Shown piece by piece: positions 52,101 through 64,000 of a stretch of 64,000 bases of DNA. The translations under genes and the position numbers were made by a program. The DNA is from the human T2T-CHM13v2.0 reference genome, Homo sapiens, in NCBI RefSeq assembly GCF_009914755.1, contig NC_060947.1; one strand, written 5' to 3'. Within the stretch, counting starts at the first letter, position 1. Each line of letters starts with the position of its first letter. The notes under the pieces are model-generated. The model saw only the letters and a list, made by a program, of their open reading frames with translations. It made no database searches and was not told the DNA's origin.

Positions 52101-55100
52101 ACGTGTGTTTGGAAACTGCTCCATCATAACGAATGTTCAGCTCTCTGAGTTAAACTCCATCGTCACAAAGAATTTTCTGAGAGTGCTACCGTCTAGTTTT
52201 TATATGAAGTTCTTTCCTTTACTACCACAGGCCTCAAAGCGGTCCAAATCTCCACTTGCAGATTCTACAAAAAGAGTGTTTGCAAACTGCTCTATCAAAA
52301 GGAATGTTCAACTCTGGGAGTTGAATGCAATCATCACAGAGCAGTTTCTGAGAATGCTTCTATGTCGTTTTTAGGAGAAGATATTTCCTTTTCCAACACA
52401 GTCCTCCAAGCCCGCTAAATATCCACTTGCACATTGTAGAAAAAGTGTGTCGAAGCTGCGCTATCAAAGGGAAAGTTCAACTCTGTGAGGTGAATGCAAA
52501 CATCCCAAAGAAGTTTCTGAGAATGCTTCCGTTTAGCTTTTAGGTGAAGATTATCCCGTTTCCAACGAAACCTTCAAAGAGGTCCAAATATCCCTTGCGG
52601 ATCCCACAGAAAGAGTGTTTCGAAACTGCTATTTCAAAAGGAATCTTCAACTCTGTGAGTTGAATGCAATCATCACAAAGAAGTTTCTGACAATGCTTCT
52701 CTCTCGTCTTTCTGCGAAGATAAAGGAAAAGGCTTTCAGGCCTTTTCCACCACAGGCCTGAAAGCGCTCCAAATGTCCACTTGCAGATTCTGCCAAAAGA
52801 ATATTTCAAAACTGCTCTACGAAAAGTAATGTTAAACTCTGCGGCTCGAACACAAACATCACAAAGCAGTTTCTGAGAATGCTTCAGTTTAGTTTTTCTG
52901 TGGAAATATTGCCGTTTCCAAAGAAATCTTCAAAGAGGTCCACGCATCCACTTACAGATTCTTCAAAAAGACAGTTTCAAAACTGCTCAATCAAAAGGAG
53001 GGTTCAACTGTGTGACTTGAATGCAATCATCACTCAGAAGTTTCTGAGAATGCTTCTCTTTAGTTTTCACGTGAACATATACCCGTTTCGAACGAAGGCC
53101 AGCCAGTGTTCCAAATATCCACTTGCAGATTCTACAGAAAGAGTGTTTCGAACCTGAACTCTCAAAGGCAGGTTCATCTCTGCGAGTTAAATGCATTCAT
53201 CATGAAGAACTTTCTCAGAGTGTTTGTGTTTAGTTATGGGAAATTATTCCCGTTTCCAACGAAATCCTCAGAGAGGTCCAAATATCCACCTGCAGATTCT
53301 ACCAAAAGTGTATTTGGAAACTGCTCCATCAAAAGGCATGTTCAGCTCTGTGAGTGAAACTCCATCATCACAAAGAATATTCTGAGAATGCTTCCGTTTG
53401 CCTTTTATATGAAGTTCCTTCCTTTACTACCGTAGGCCTCAAAGCAGTCCAAATCTCCATTTGCAGATTCTACAAAAAGAGTGATTCCAATCTGCTCTAT
53501 CAATAGGATTGTTCAACTCCATGAGTTGAATGCCATCCTCACAAAGCCGTTTGTGAGAATGCTTCTATCTAGTTTTTATGTGAAGATATTTCCTTTTCCA
53601 CCACAGGCCTCAAAGCCCTCCAAACGTCCACTTGCAGATTCTCGAAAAAGAGTGTTTCATAGCTGCTCTTTCAAAAGGAAAGTTCAACTCTGGGAGGTGA
53701 ATACAAACATCACAAAGTAGTTTCCGAGAATGCTTCTGTTTAGTTCTTATGTGAAGATGATCCCGTTTCCAGTGAAATCTTCAAAGAGGTCCACATATCC
53801 CCTTGCAGATTCCAAAGAAAGAGGGTTTCAAAACTGCTCCATCAAAAGGATTGTTCAACTCTGTGAGTTGAATGCAGTCATCGCAGAAAACTTTCTGAGA
53901 ATGCTTCTGTCTAGGTTTGATGTGAAGATATAGACGTTTCAAACGAAGGCTACAAAGTGGTCAAAATATACACTTGCAGATTCTACTACAAGGGTGTTGC
54001 AAACCTCAACTATCAAAGGAAGGTTCAACTCTGTGAGTTGAATGCAAACATCGCAAAGAATGTTCTGAGTTTGCTTCCGTTCACTTATGGGAAGTTGATC
54101 CCGTTTCCAACGAAATCCTCAGAGAGGTCCAAATATCCCCTTGCAGATTCTACAAAACGTGTGTTTGGAAACTGCTCCATCATAACGAATGTTCAGCTCT
54201 CTGAGTTAAACTCCATCGTCACAAAGAATTTTCTGAGAGTGCTACCGTCTAGTTTTTATATGAAGTTCTTTCCTTTACTACCACAGGCCTCAAAGCAGTC
54301 CAAATCTCCACTTGCAGATTCTACAAAAAGAGTGTTTGCAAACTGCTCTATCAAAAGGAATGTTCAACTCTGGGAGTTGAATGCAATCATCACAGAGCAG
54401 TTTCTGAGAATGCTTCTATGTCGTTTTTAGGAGAAGATATTTCCTTTTCCAACACAGTCCTCCAAGCCCGCTAAATATCCACTTGCACATTGTAGAAAAA
54501 GTGTGTCGAAGCTGCGCTATCAAAGGGAAAGTTCAACTCTGTGAGGTGAATGCAAACATCCCAAAGAAGTTTCTGAGAATGCTTCCGTTTAGCTTTTAGG
54601 TGAAGATTATCCCGTTTCCAACGAAACCTTCAAAGAGGTCCAAATATCCACTTGCGGATCCCACAGAAAGAGTGTTTCGAAACTGCTGTTTCAAAAGGAA
54701 TCTTCAACTCTGTGAGTTGAATGCAATCATCACAAAGAAGTTTCTGACAATGCTTCTCTCTCGTCTTTCTGTGAAGATAAAGGAAAAGGCTTTCAGGCCT
54801 TTTCCACCACAGGCCTGAAAGCGCTCCAAATGTCCACATGCAGATTCTGCCAAAAGAATATTTCAAGACTGCTCTATGAAAAGCAATGTTAAACTCTGCG
54901 GCTCGAACACAAACATCACAAAGCAGTTTCTGAGAATGCTTCAGTTTAGTTTTTCTGTGGAAATATTCCCGTTTCCAAAGAAATCTTCAAAGAGGTCCAT
55001 GTATCCACTTACAGATTCTACAAAAAGACAGTTTCAAAACTGCTCAATCAAAAGGAGGGTTCAACTGTGTGACTTGAATGCAATCATCACTCAGAAGTTT

Positions 55101-58100
55101 CTGAGAATGCTTCTCTTTAGTTTTTACGTGAACATATAACCGTTTCGAACGAAGGCCAGCCAGTGGTCCAAATATCCACTTGCAGATTCTACAGAAAGAG
55201 TGTTTCGAACCTGAACTCTCAAAGGCAGGTTCATCTCTGCGAGTTAAATGCATTCATCATGAAGAACTTTCTCAGAGTGTTTGTGTTTAGTTATGGGAAA
55301 TTATTCCCGTTTCCAACGAAATCCTCAGAGAGGTCCAAATATCCACCTGCAGATTCTACCAAAAGTGTATTTGGAAACTGCTCCATCAAAAGGCATGTTC
55401 AGCTCTGTGAGTGAAACTCCATCATCACAAAGAATATTCTGAGAATGCTTCCGTTTGCCTTTTATATGAAGTTCCTTCCTATACTACCGTAGGCCTCAAA
55501 GCAGTCCAAATCTCCATTTGCAGATTCTACAAAAAGAGTGATTCCAATCTGCTCTATCAATAGGATTGTTCAACTCCATGAGTTGAATGCCATCCTCACA
55601 AAGTCGTTTCTGAGAATGCTTCTATCTAGTTTTCATGTGAAGATATTTCCTTTTCCACCACAGGCCTCAAAGCCCTCCAAACGTCCACTTGCAGATTCTC
55701 GAAAAAGAGTGTTTCATAGCTGCTCTTTCAAAAGGAAAGTTCAACTCTGGGAGGTGAATACAAACATCACAAAGTAGTTTCCGAGAATGCTTCTGTTTAG
55801 TTCTTATGTGAAGATGATCCCGTTTCCAGTGTAATCTTCAAAGAGGTCCACATATCCCCTTGCAGATTCCAAAGAAAGAGGGTTTCAAAACTGCTCCATC
55901 AAAAGGATTGTTCAACTCTGTGAGTTGAATGCAGTCATCGCAGAAAACTTTCTGAGAATGCTTCTGTCTAGGTTTGATGTGAAGATATAGACGTTTCAAA
56001 CGAAGGCTACAAAGTGGTCAAAATATACACTTGCAGATTCTACTACAAGGGTGTTGCAAACCTCAACTATCAAAGGAAGGTTCAACTCTGTGAGTTGAAT
56101 GCAAATATCGCAAAGAATGTTCTGAGTTTGCTTCCGTTCAGTTATGGGAAGTTGATCCCGTTTCCAACGAAATCCTCAGAGAGGTCCAAATATCCCCTTG
56201 CAGATTCTACATAACGTGTGTTTGGAAACTGCTCCATCATAACGAATGTTCAGCTCTCTGAGTTAAACTCCATCGTCACAAAGAATTTTCTGAGAGTGCT
56301 ACCGTCTAGTTTTTATATGAAGTTCTTTCCTTTACTACCACAGGCCTCAAAGCGGTCCAAATCTCCACTTGCAGATTCTACAAAAAGAGTGTTTGCAAAC
56401 TGCTCTATCAAAAGGAATGTTCAACTCTGGGAGTTGAATGCAATCATCACAGAGCAGTTTCTGAGAATGCTTCTATGTCGTTTTTAGGAGAAGATATTTC
56501 CTTTTCCAACACAGTCCTCCAAGCCCGCTAAATATCCACTTGCACATTGTAGAAAAAGTGTGTCGAAGCTGCGCTATCAAAGGGAAAGTTCAACTCTGTG
56601 AGGTGAATGCAAACATCCCAAGGAAGTTTCTGAGAATGCTTCCGTTTAGCTTTTAGGTGAAGATTATCCCGTTTCCAACGAAACCTTCAAAGAGGTCCAA
56701 ATATCCACTTGCGGAACCCACAGAAAGAGTGTTTCGAAACTGCTGTTTCAAAAGGAATCTTCAACTCTGTGAGTTGAATGCAATCATCACAAAGAAGTTT
56801 CTGACAATGCTTCTCTCTCGTCTTTCTGTGAAGATAAAGGAAAAGGCTTTCAGGCCTTTTCCACCACAGGCCTGAAAGCGCTCCAAATGTCCACATGCAG
56901 ATTCTGCCAAAAGAATATTTCAAGACTGCTCTATGAAAAGCAATGTTAAACTCTGCGGCTCGAACACAAACATCACAAAGCAGTTTCTGAGAATGCTTCA
57001 GTTTAGTTTTTCTGTGGAAATATTCCCGTTTCCAAAGAAATCTTCAAAGAGGTCCATGTATCCACTTACAGATTCTACAAAAAGACAGTTTCAAAACTGC
57101 TCAATCAAAAGGAGGGTTCAACTGTGTGACTTGAATGCAATCATCACTCAGAAGTTTCTGAGAATGCTTCTCTTTAGTTTTTACGTGAACATATACCCGT
57201 TTCGAACAAAGGCCAGCCAGTGGTCCAAATATCCACTTGCAGATTCTACAGAAAGAGTGTTTCGAACCTGAACTCTCAAAGGCAGGTTCATCTCTGCGAG
57301 TTAAATGCATTCATCATGAAGAACTTTCTCAGAGTGTTTGTGTTTAGTTATGGGAAATTATTCCCGTTTCCAACGAAATCCTCAGAGAGGTCCAAATATC
57401 CACCTGCAGATTCTACCAAAAGTGTATTTGGAAACTGCTCCATCAAAAGGCATGTTCAGCTCTGTGAGTGAAACTCCATCATCACAAAGAATATTCTGAG
57501 AATGCTTCCGTTTGCCTTTTATATGAAGTTCCTTCCTTTACTACCGTAGGCCTCAAAGCAGTCCAAATCTCCATTTGCAGATTCTACAAAAAGAGTGATT
57601 CCAATCTGCTCTATCAATAGGATTGTTCAACTCCATGAGTTGAATGCCATCCTCACAAAGCCGTTTGTGAGAATGCTTCTATCTAGTTTTCATGTGAAGA
57701 TATTTCCTTTTCCACCACAGGCCTCAAAGCCCTCCAAACGTCCACTTGCAGATTCTCGAAAAAGAGTGTTTCATAGCTGCTCTTTCAAAAGGAAAGTTCA
57801 ACTCTGGGAGGTGAATACAAACATCACAAAGTAGTTTCCGAGAATGCTTCTGTTTAGTTCTTATGTGAAGATGATCCCGTTTCCAGTGAAATCTTCAAAG
57901 AGGTCCACATATCCCCTTGCAGATTCCAAAGAAAGAGGGTTTCAAAACTGCTCCATCAAAAGGATTGTTCAACTCTGTGAGTTGAATGCAGTCATCGCAG
58001 AAAACTTTCTGAGAATGCTTCTGTCTAGGTTTGATGTGAAGATATAGACGTTTCAAACGAAGGCTACAAAGTGGTCAAAATATACACTTGCAGATTCTAC

Positions 58101-61100
58101 TACAAGGGTGTTGCAAACCTCAACTATCAAAGGAAGGTTCAACTCTGTGAGTTGAATGCAAACATCGCAAAGAATGTTCTGAGTTTGCTTCCGTTCACTT
58201 ATGGGAAGTTGATCCCGTTTCCAACGAAATCCTCAGAGAGGTCCAAATATCCCCTTGCAGATTCTACAAAACGTGTGTTTGGAAACTGCTCCATCATAAC
58301 GAATGTTCAGCTCTCTGAGTTAAACTCCATCGTCACAAAGAATTTTCTGAGAGTGCTACCGTCTAGTTTTTATATGAAGTTCTTTCCTTTACTACCACAG
58401 GCCTCAAAGCGGTCCAAATCTCCACTTGCAGATTCTACAAAAAGAGTGTTTGCAAACTGCTCTATCAAAAGGAATGTTCAACTCTGGGAGTTGAATGCAA
58501 TCATCACAGAGCAGTTTCTGAGAATGCTTCTATGTCGTTTTTAGGAGAAGATATTTCCTTTTCCAACACAGTCCTCCAAGCCCGCTAAATATCCACTTGC
58601 ACATTGTAGAAAAAGTGTGTCGAAGCTGCGCTATCAAAGGGAAAGTTCAACTCTGTGAGGTGAATGCAAACATCCCAAAGAAGTTTCTGAGAATGCTTCC
58701 GTTTAGCTTTTAGGTGAAGATTATCCCGTTTCCAACGAAACCTTCAAAGAGGTCCAAATATCCACTTGCGGATCCCACAGAAAGAGTGTTTCGAAACTGC
58801 TGTTTCAAAAGGAATCTTCAACTCTGTGAGTTGAATGCAATCATCACAAAGAAGTTTCTGACAATGCTTCTCTCTCGTCTTTCTGTGAAGATAAAGGAAA
58901 AGGCTTTCAGGCCTTTTCCACCACAGGCCTGAAAGCGCTCCAAATGTCCACATGCAGATTCTGCCAAAAGAATATTTCAAGACTGCTCTATGAAAAGCAA
59001 TGTTAAACTCTGCGGCTCGAACACAAACATCACAAAGCAGTTTCTGAGAATGCTTCAGTTTAGTTTTTCTGTGGAAATATTCCCGTTTCCAAAGAAATCT
59101 TCAAAGAGGTCCATGTATCCACTTACAGATTCTACAAAAAGACAGTTTCAAAACTGCTCAATCAAAAGGAGGGTTCAACTGTGTGACTTGAATGCAATCA
59201 TCACTCAGAAGTTTCTGAGAATGCTTCTCTTTAGTTTTTACGTGAACATATAACCGTTTCGAACGAAGGCCAGCCAGTGGTCCAAATATCCACTTGCAGA
59301 TTCTACAGAAAGAGTGTTTCGAACCTGAACTCTCAAAGGCAGGTTCATCTCTGCGAGTTAAATGCATTCATCATGAAGAACTTTCTCAGAGTGTTTGTGT
59401 TTAGTTATGGGAAATTATTCCCGTTTCCAACGAAATCCTCAGAGAGGTCCAAATATCCACCTGCAGATTCTACCAAAAGTGTATTTGGAAACTGCTCCAT
59501 CAAAAGGCATGTTCAGCTCTGTGAGTGAAACTCCATCATCACAAAGAATATTCTGAGAATGCTTCCGTTTGCCTTTTATATGAAGTTCCTTCCTATACTA
59601 CCGTAGGCCTCAAAGCAGTCCAAATCTCCATTTGCAGATTCTACAAAAAGAGTGATTCCAATCTGCTCTATCAATAGGATTGTTCAACTCCATGAGTTGA
59701 ATGCCATCCTCACAAAGTCGTTTCTGAGAATGCTTCTATCTAGTTTTCATGTGAAGATATTTCCTTTTCCACCACAGGCCTCAAAGCCCTCCAAACGTCC
59801 ACTTGCAGATTCTCGAAAAAGAGTGTTTCATAGCTGCTCTTTCAAAAGGAAAGTTCAACTCTGGGAGGTGAATACAAACATCACAAAGTAGTTTCCGAGA
59901 ATGCTTCTGTTTAGTTCTTATGTGAAGATGATCCCGTTTCCAGTGTAATCTTCAAAGAGGTCCACATATCCCCTTGCAGATTCCAAAGAAAGAGGGTTTC
60001 AAAACTGCTCCATCAAAAGGATTGTTCAACTCTGTGAGTTGAATGCAGTCATCGCAGAAAACTTTCTGAGAATGCTTCTGTCTAGGTTTGATGTGAAGAT
60101 ATAGACGTTTCAAACGAAGGCTACAAAGTGGTCAAAATATACACTTGCAGATTCTACTACAAGGGTGTTGCAAACCTCAACTATCAAAGGAAGGTTCAAC
60201 TCTGTGAGTTGAATGCAAATATCGCAAAGAATGTTCTGAGTTTGCTTCCATTCAGTTATGGGAAGTTGATCCCGTTTCCAACGAAATCCTCAGAGAGGTC
60301 CAAATATCCCCTTGCAGATTCTACATAACGTGTGTTTGGAAACTGCTCCATCATAACGAATGTTCAGCTCTCTGAGTTAAACTCCATCGTCACAAAGAAT
60401 TTTCTGAGAGTGCTACCGTCTAGTTTTTATATGAAGTTCTTTCCTTTACTACCACAGGCCTCAAAGCGGTCCAAATCTCCACTTGCAGATTCTACAAAAA
60501 GAGTGTTTGCAAACTGCTCTATCAAAAGGAATGTTCAACTCTGGGAGTTGAATGCAATCATCACAGAGCAGTTTCTGAGAATGCTTCTATGTCGTTTTTA
60601 GGAGAAGATATTTCCTTTTCCAACACAGTCCTCCAAGCCCGCTAAATATCCACTTGCACATTGTAGAAAAAGTGTGTCGAAGCTGCGCTATCAAAGGGAA
60701 AGTTCAACTCTGTGAGGTGAATGCAAACATCCCAAAGAAGTTTCTGAGAATGCTTCCGTTTAGCTTTTAGGTGAAGATTATCCCGTTTCCAACGAAACCT
60801 TCAAAGAGGTCCAAATATCCACTTGCGGAACCCACAGAAAGAGTGTTTCGAAACTGCTGTTTCAAAAGGAATCTTCAACTCTGTGAGTTGAATGCAATCA
60901 TCACAAAGAAGTTTCTGACAATGCTTCTCTCTCGTCTTTCTGTGAAGATAAAGGAAAAGGCTTTCAGGCCTTTTCCACCACAGGCCTGAAAGCGCTCCAA
61001 ATGTCCACATGCAGATTCTGCCAAAAGAATATTTCAAGACTGCTCTATGAAAAGCAATGTTAAACTCTGCGGCTCGAACACAAACATCACAAAGCAGTTT

Positions 61101-64000
61101 CTGAGAATGCTTCAGTTTAGTTTTTCTGTGGAAATATTCCCGTTTCCAAAGAAATCTTCAAAGAGGTCCATGTATCCACTTACAGATTCTACAAAAAGAC
61201 AGTTTCAAAACTGCTCAATCAAAAGGAGGGTTCAACTGTGTGACTTGAATGCAATCATCACTCAGAAGTTTCTGAGAATGCTTCTCTTTAGTTTTTACGT
61301 GAACATATACCCGTTTCGAACAAAGGCCAGCCAGTGGTCCAAATATCCACTTGCAGATTCTACAGAAAGAGTGTTTCGAACCTGAACTCTCAAAGGCAGG
61401 TTCATCTCTGCGAGTTAAATGCATTCATCATGAAGAACTTTCTCAGAGTGTTTGTGTTTAGTTATGGGAAATTATTCCCGTTTCCAACGAAATCCTCAGA
61501 GAGGTCCAAATATCCACCTGCAGATTCTACCAAAAGTGTATTTGGAAACTGCTCCATCAAAAGGCATGTTCAGCTCTGTGAGTGAAACTCCATCATCACA
61601 AAGAATATTCTGAGAATGCTTCCGTTTGCCTTTTATATGAAGTTCCTTCCTTTACTACCGTAGGCCTCAAAGCAGTCCAAATCTCCATTTGCAGATTCTA
61701 CAAAAAGAGTGATTCCAATCTGCTCTATCAATAGGATTGTTCAACTCCATGAGTTGAATGCCATCCTCACAAAGCCGTTTGTGAGAATGCTTCTATCTAG
61801 TTTTCATGTGAAGATATTTCCTTTTCCACCACAGGCCTCAAAGCCCTCCAAACGTCCACTTGCAGATTCTCGAAAAAGAGTGTTTCATAGCTGCTCTTTC
61901 AAAAGGAAAGTTCAACTCTGGGAGGTGAATACAAACATCACAAAGTAGTTTCCGAGAATGCTTCTGTTTAGTTCTTATGTGAAGATGATCCCGTTTCCAG
62001 TGAAATCTTCAAAGAGGTCCACATATCCCCTTGCAGATTCCAAAGAAAGAGGGTTTCAAAACTGCTCCATCAAAAGGATTGTTCAACTCTGTGAGTTGAA
62101 TGCAGTCATCGCAGAAAACTTTCTGAGAATGCTTCTGTCTAGGTTTGATGTGAAGATATAGACGTTTCAAACGAAGGCTACAAAGTGGTCAAAATATACA
62201 CTTGCAGATTCTACTACAAGGGTGTTGCAAACCTCAACTATCAAAGGAAGGTTCAACTCTGTGAGTTGAATGCAAACATCGCAAAGAATGTTCTGAGTTT
62301 GCTTCCGTTCACTTATGGGAAGTTGATCCCGTTTCCAACGAAATCCTCAGAGAGGTCCAAATATCCCCTTGCAGATTCTACAAAACGTGTGTTTGGAAAC
62401 TGCTCCATCATAACGAATGTTCAGCTCTCTGAGTTAAACTCCATCGTCACAAAGAATTTTCTGAGAGTGCTACCGTCTAGTTTTTATATGAAGTTCTTTC
62501 CTTTACTACCACAGGCCTCAAAGCGGTCCAAATCTCCACTTGCAGATTCTACAAAAAGAGTGTTTGCAAACTGCTCTATCAAAAGGAATGTTCAACTCTG
62601 GGAGTTGAATGCAATCATCACAGAGCAGTTTCTGAGAATGCTTCTATGTCGTTTTTAGGAGAAGATATTTCCTTTTCCAACACAGTCCTCCAAGCCCGCT
62701 AAATATCCACTTGCACATTGTAGAAAAAGTGTGTCGAAGCTGCGCTATCAAAGGGAAAGTTCAACTCTGTGAGGTGAATGCAAACATCCCAAAGAAGTTT
62801 CTGAGAATGCTTCCGTTTAGCTTTTAGGTGAAGATTATCCCGTTTCCAACGAAACCTTCAAAGAGGTCCAAATATCCACTTGCGGATCCCACAGAAAGAG
62901 TGTTTCGAAACTGCTGTTTCAAAAGGAATCTTCAACTCTGTGAGTTGAATGCAATCATCACAAAGAAGTTTCTGACAATGCTTCTCTCTCGTCTTTCTGT
63001 GAAGATAAAGGAAAAGGCTTTCAGGCCTTTTCCACCACAGGCCTGAAAGCGCTCCAAATGTCCACATGCAGATTCTGCCAAAAGAATATTTCAAGACTGC
63101 TCTATGAAAAGCAATGTTAAACTCTGCGGCTCGAACACAAACATCACAAAGCAGTTTCTGAGAATGCTTCAGTTTAGTTTTTCTGTGGAAATATTCCCGT
63201 TTCCAAAGAAATCTTCAAAGAGGTCCATGTATCCACTTACAGATTCTACAAAAAGACAGTTTCAAAACTGCTCAATCAAAAGGAGGGTTCAACTGTGTGA
63301 CTTGAATGCAATCATCACTCAGAAGTTTCTGAGAATGCTTCTCTTTAGTTTTTACGTGAACATATAACCGTTTCGAACGAAGGCCAGCCAGTGGTCCAAA
63401 TATCCACTTGCAGATTCTACAGAAAGAGTGTTTCGAACCTGAACTCTCAAAGGCAGGTTCATCTCTGCGAGTTAAATGCATTCATCATGAAGAACTTTCT
63501 CAGAGTGTTTGTGTTTAGTTATGGGAAATTATTCCCGTTTCCAACGAAATCCTCAGAGAGGTCCAAATATCCACCTGCAGATTCTACCAAAAGTGTATTT
63601 GGAAACTGCTCCATCAAAAGGCATGTTCAGCTCTGTGAGTGAAACTCCATCATCACAAAGAATATTCTGAGAATGCTTCCGTTTGCCTTTTATATGAAGT
63701 TCCTTCCTATACTACCGTAGGCCTCAAAGCAGTCCAAATCTCCATTTGCAGATTCTACAAAAAGAGTGATTCCAATCTGCTCTATCAATAGGATTGTTCA
63801 ACTCCATGAGTTGAATGCCATCCTCACAAAGTCGTTTCTGAGAATGCTTCTATCTAGTTTTCATGTGAAGATATTTCCTTTTCCACCACAGGCCTCAAAG
63901 CCCTCCAAACGTCCACTTGCAGATTCTCGAAAAAGAGTGTTTCATAGCTGCTCTTTCAAAAGGAAAGTTCAACTCTGGGAGGTGAATACAAACATCACAA
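43194..64000 (-). repeat. Young, homogeneous haplotype block U22-U32 with a two-HOR (4,113-4,114 bp) super-period
   Basis: All full units have ATCGCAAAG. Subtype P has CCGTTCACTT, CCACATGCAG, CAAGACTGC, TCCATGTA, ATATAACCG. Subtype Q has AATATCGC, CTACATAAC, a TCCC 1-bp deletion and CTACGAAAAGT. Subtype R has a Q front and a P-like back with GCGGAACC and CGAACAAA. Order: P Q P P Q P R P R P. Confidence 0.87.

Larger units (their letters stand above)
1..64000 (-). repeat. DXZ1: Alpha-satellite higher-order repeat array, 12-mer 2,057-bp HOR, ~31.1 copies; human X centromere array DXZ1
   Basis: Alphoid motifs (TTTCTGAGAATGCTT, GTTCAACTCTGTGAGTTGAATGCA, CCACTTGCAGATTCTACAAAAAGAGTGTTT) recur every ~171 bp. 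Near-identical sequence recurs every 2,056-2,058 bp. Unit starts (arbitrary phase, U1-U32): 1, 2058, 4115, 6172, 8230, 10286, 12343, 14400, 16457, 18514, 20571, 22628, 24685, 26741, 28798, 30855, 32911, 34968, 37024, 39080, 41137, 43194, 45251, 47307, 49364, 51421, 53477, 55534, 57591, 59648, 61705, 63762 (partial). The DXZ1 call rests on established knowledge of its 2,057-bp 12-mer and 2.0-kb BamHI/PstI periodicity. The consensus CATTCTCAGAAAC reads on the minus strand. Confidence 0.97.

Noticed and set aside
5-63642. Numerous 63-172 aa ORFs, with recurring motifs such as SKRSKYPLADSTKRVF and VQLCELNAIIT
   Set aside because: They are translations of alpha satellite. A 171-bp monomer is a multiple of 3, so peptides repeat. 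ORFs overlap in several frames and strands, many start at GTG/TTG, and stops and frameshifts appear freely between copies. There is no evidence of coding constraint.
1-64000. CRISPR-like or other prokaryotic repeat system
   Set aside because: There are no unique spacers and no cas or other genes. The sequence between conserved motifs is itself homologous satellite.
1-64000. Mobile-element insertion (L1/Alu), inversion, or structural HOR variant (non-12-mer)
   Set aside because: Unit spacing is always 2,056-2,058 bp and orientation never changes. I saw no poly-A tails, target-site duplications or non-alphoid sequence.
43194-64000. Assigning the kinetochore / CENP-A domain (hypomethylated dip region) to the youngest block
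   Set aside because: That location is epigenetic and cannot be read from sequence; it needs methylation or CENP-A data.
1-64000. A wholly new biological system
   Set aside because: Everything is explained by a well-characterised centromeric HOR array. Any novelty is limited to the fine-scale variant structure reported above.

Overview
The whole 64 kb is one uninterrupted tandem array of primate centromeric alpha satellite, with no genes. About 171-bp monomers form a 12-monomer, 2,057-bp higher-order repeat (HOR), present as 31 full copies plus a 239-bp partial copy, all head-to-tail. The conventional alphoid consensus and the CENP-B boxes lie on the minus strand. The 2,057-bp period, the pentamer + dimer + pentamer layout and one BamHI and one PstI site per typical unit match DXZ1, the live human X centromere array (suprachromosomal family 3). 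All listed ORFs are repeat artefacts. I found no previously undescribed biological system. The points of interest are in the fine structure: (i) two overlapping, mutually exclusive inverted repeats in the 186-bp monomer that look like a template-switch scar; (ii) blocks of HOR haplotypes with 4.1-kb and 6.2-kb super-periodicities; (iii) a ~16-kb zone where about 44% of CENP-B boxes are broken, and loss of one box by two different mutations in the youngest block; (iv) clustered mutations concentrated in one monomer pair; (v) variants shared across ~30 kb, skipping an intervening block. Counts were made by eye and need confirmation by alignment.
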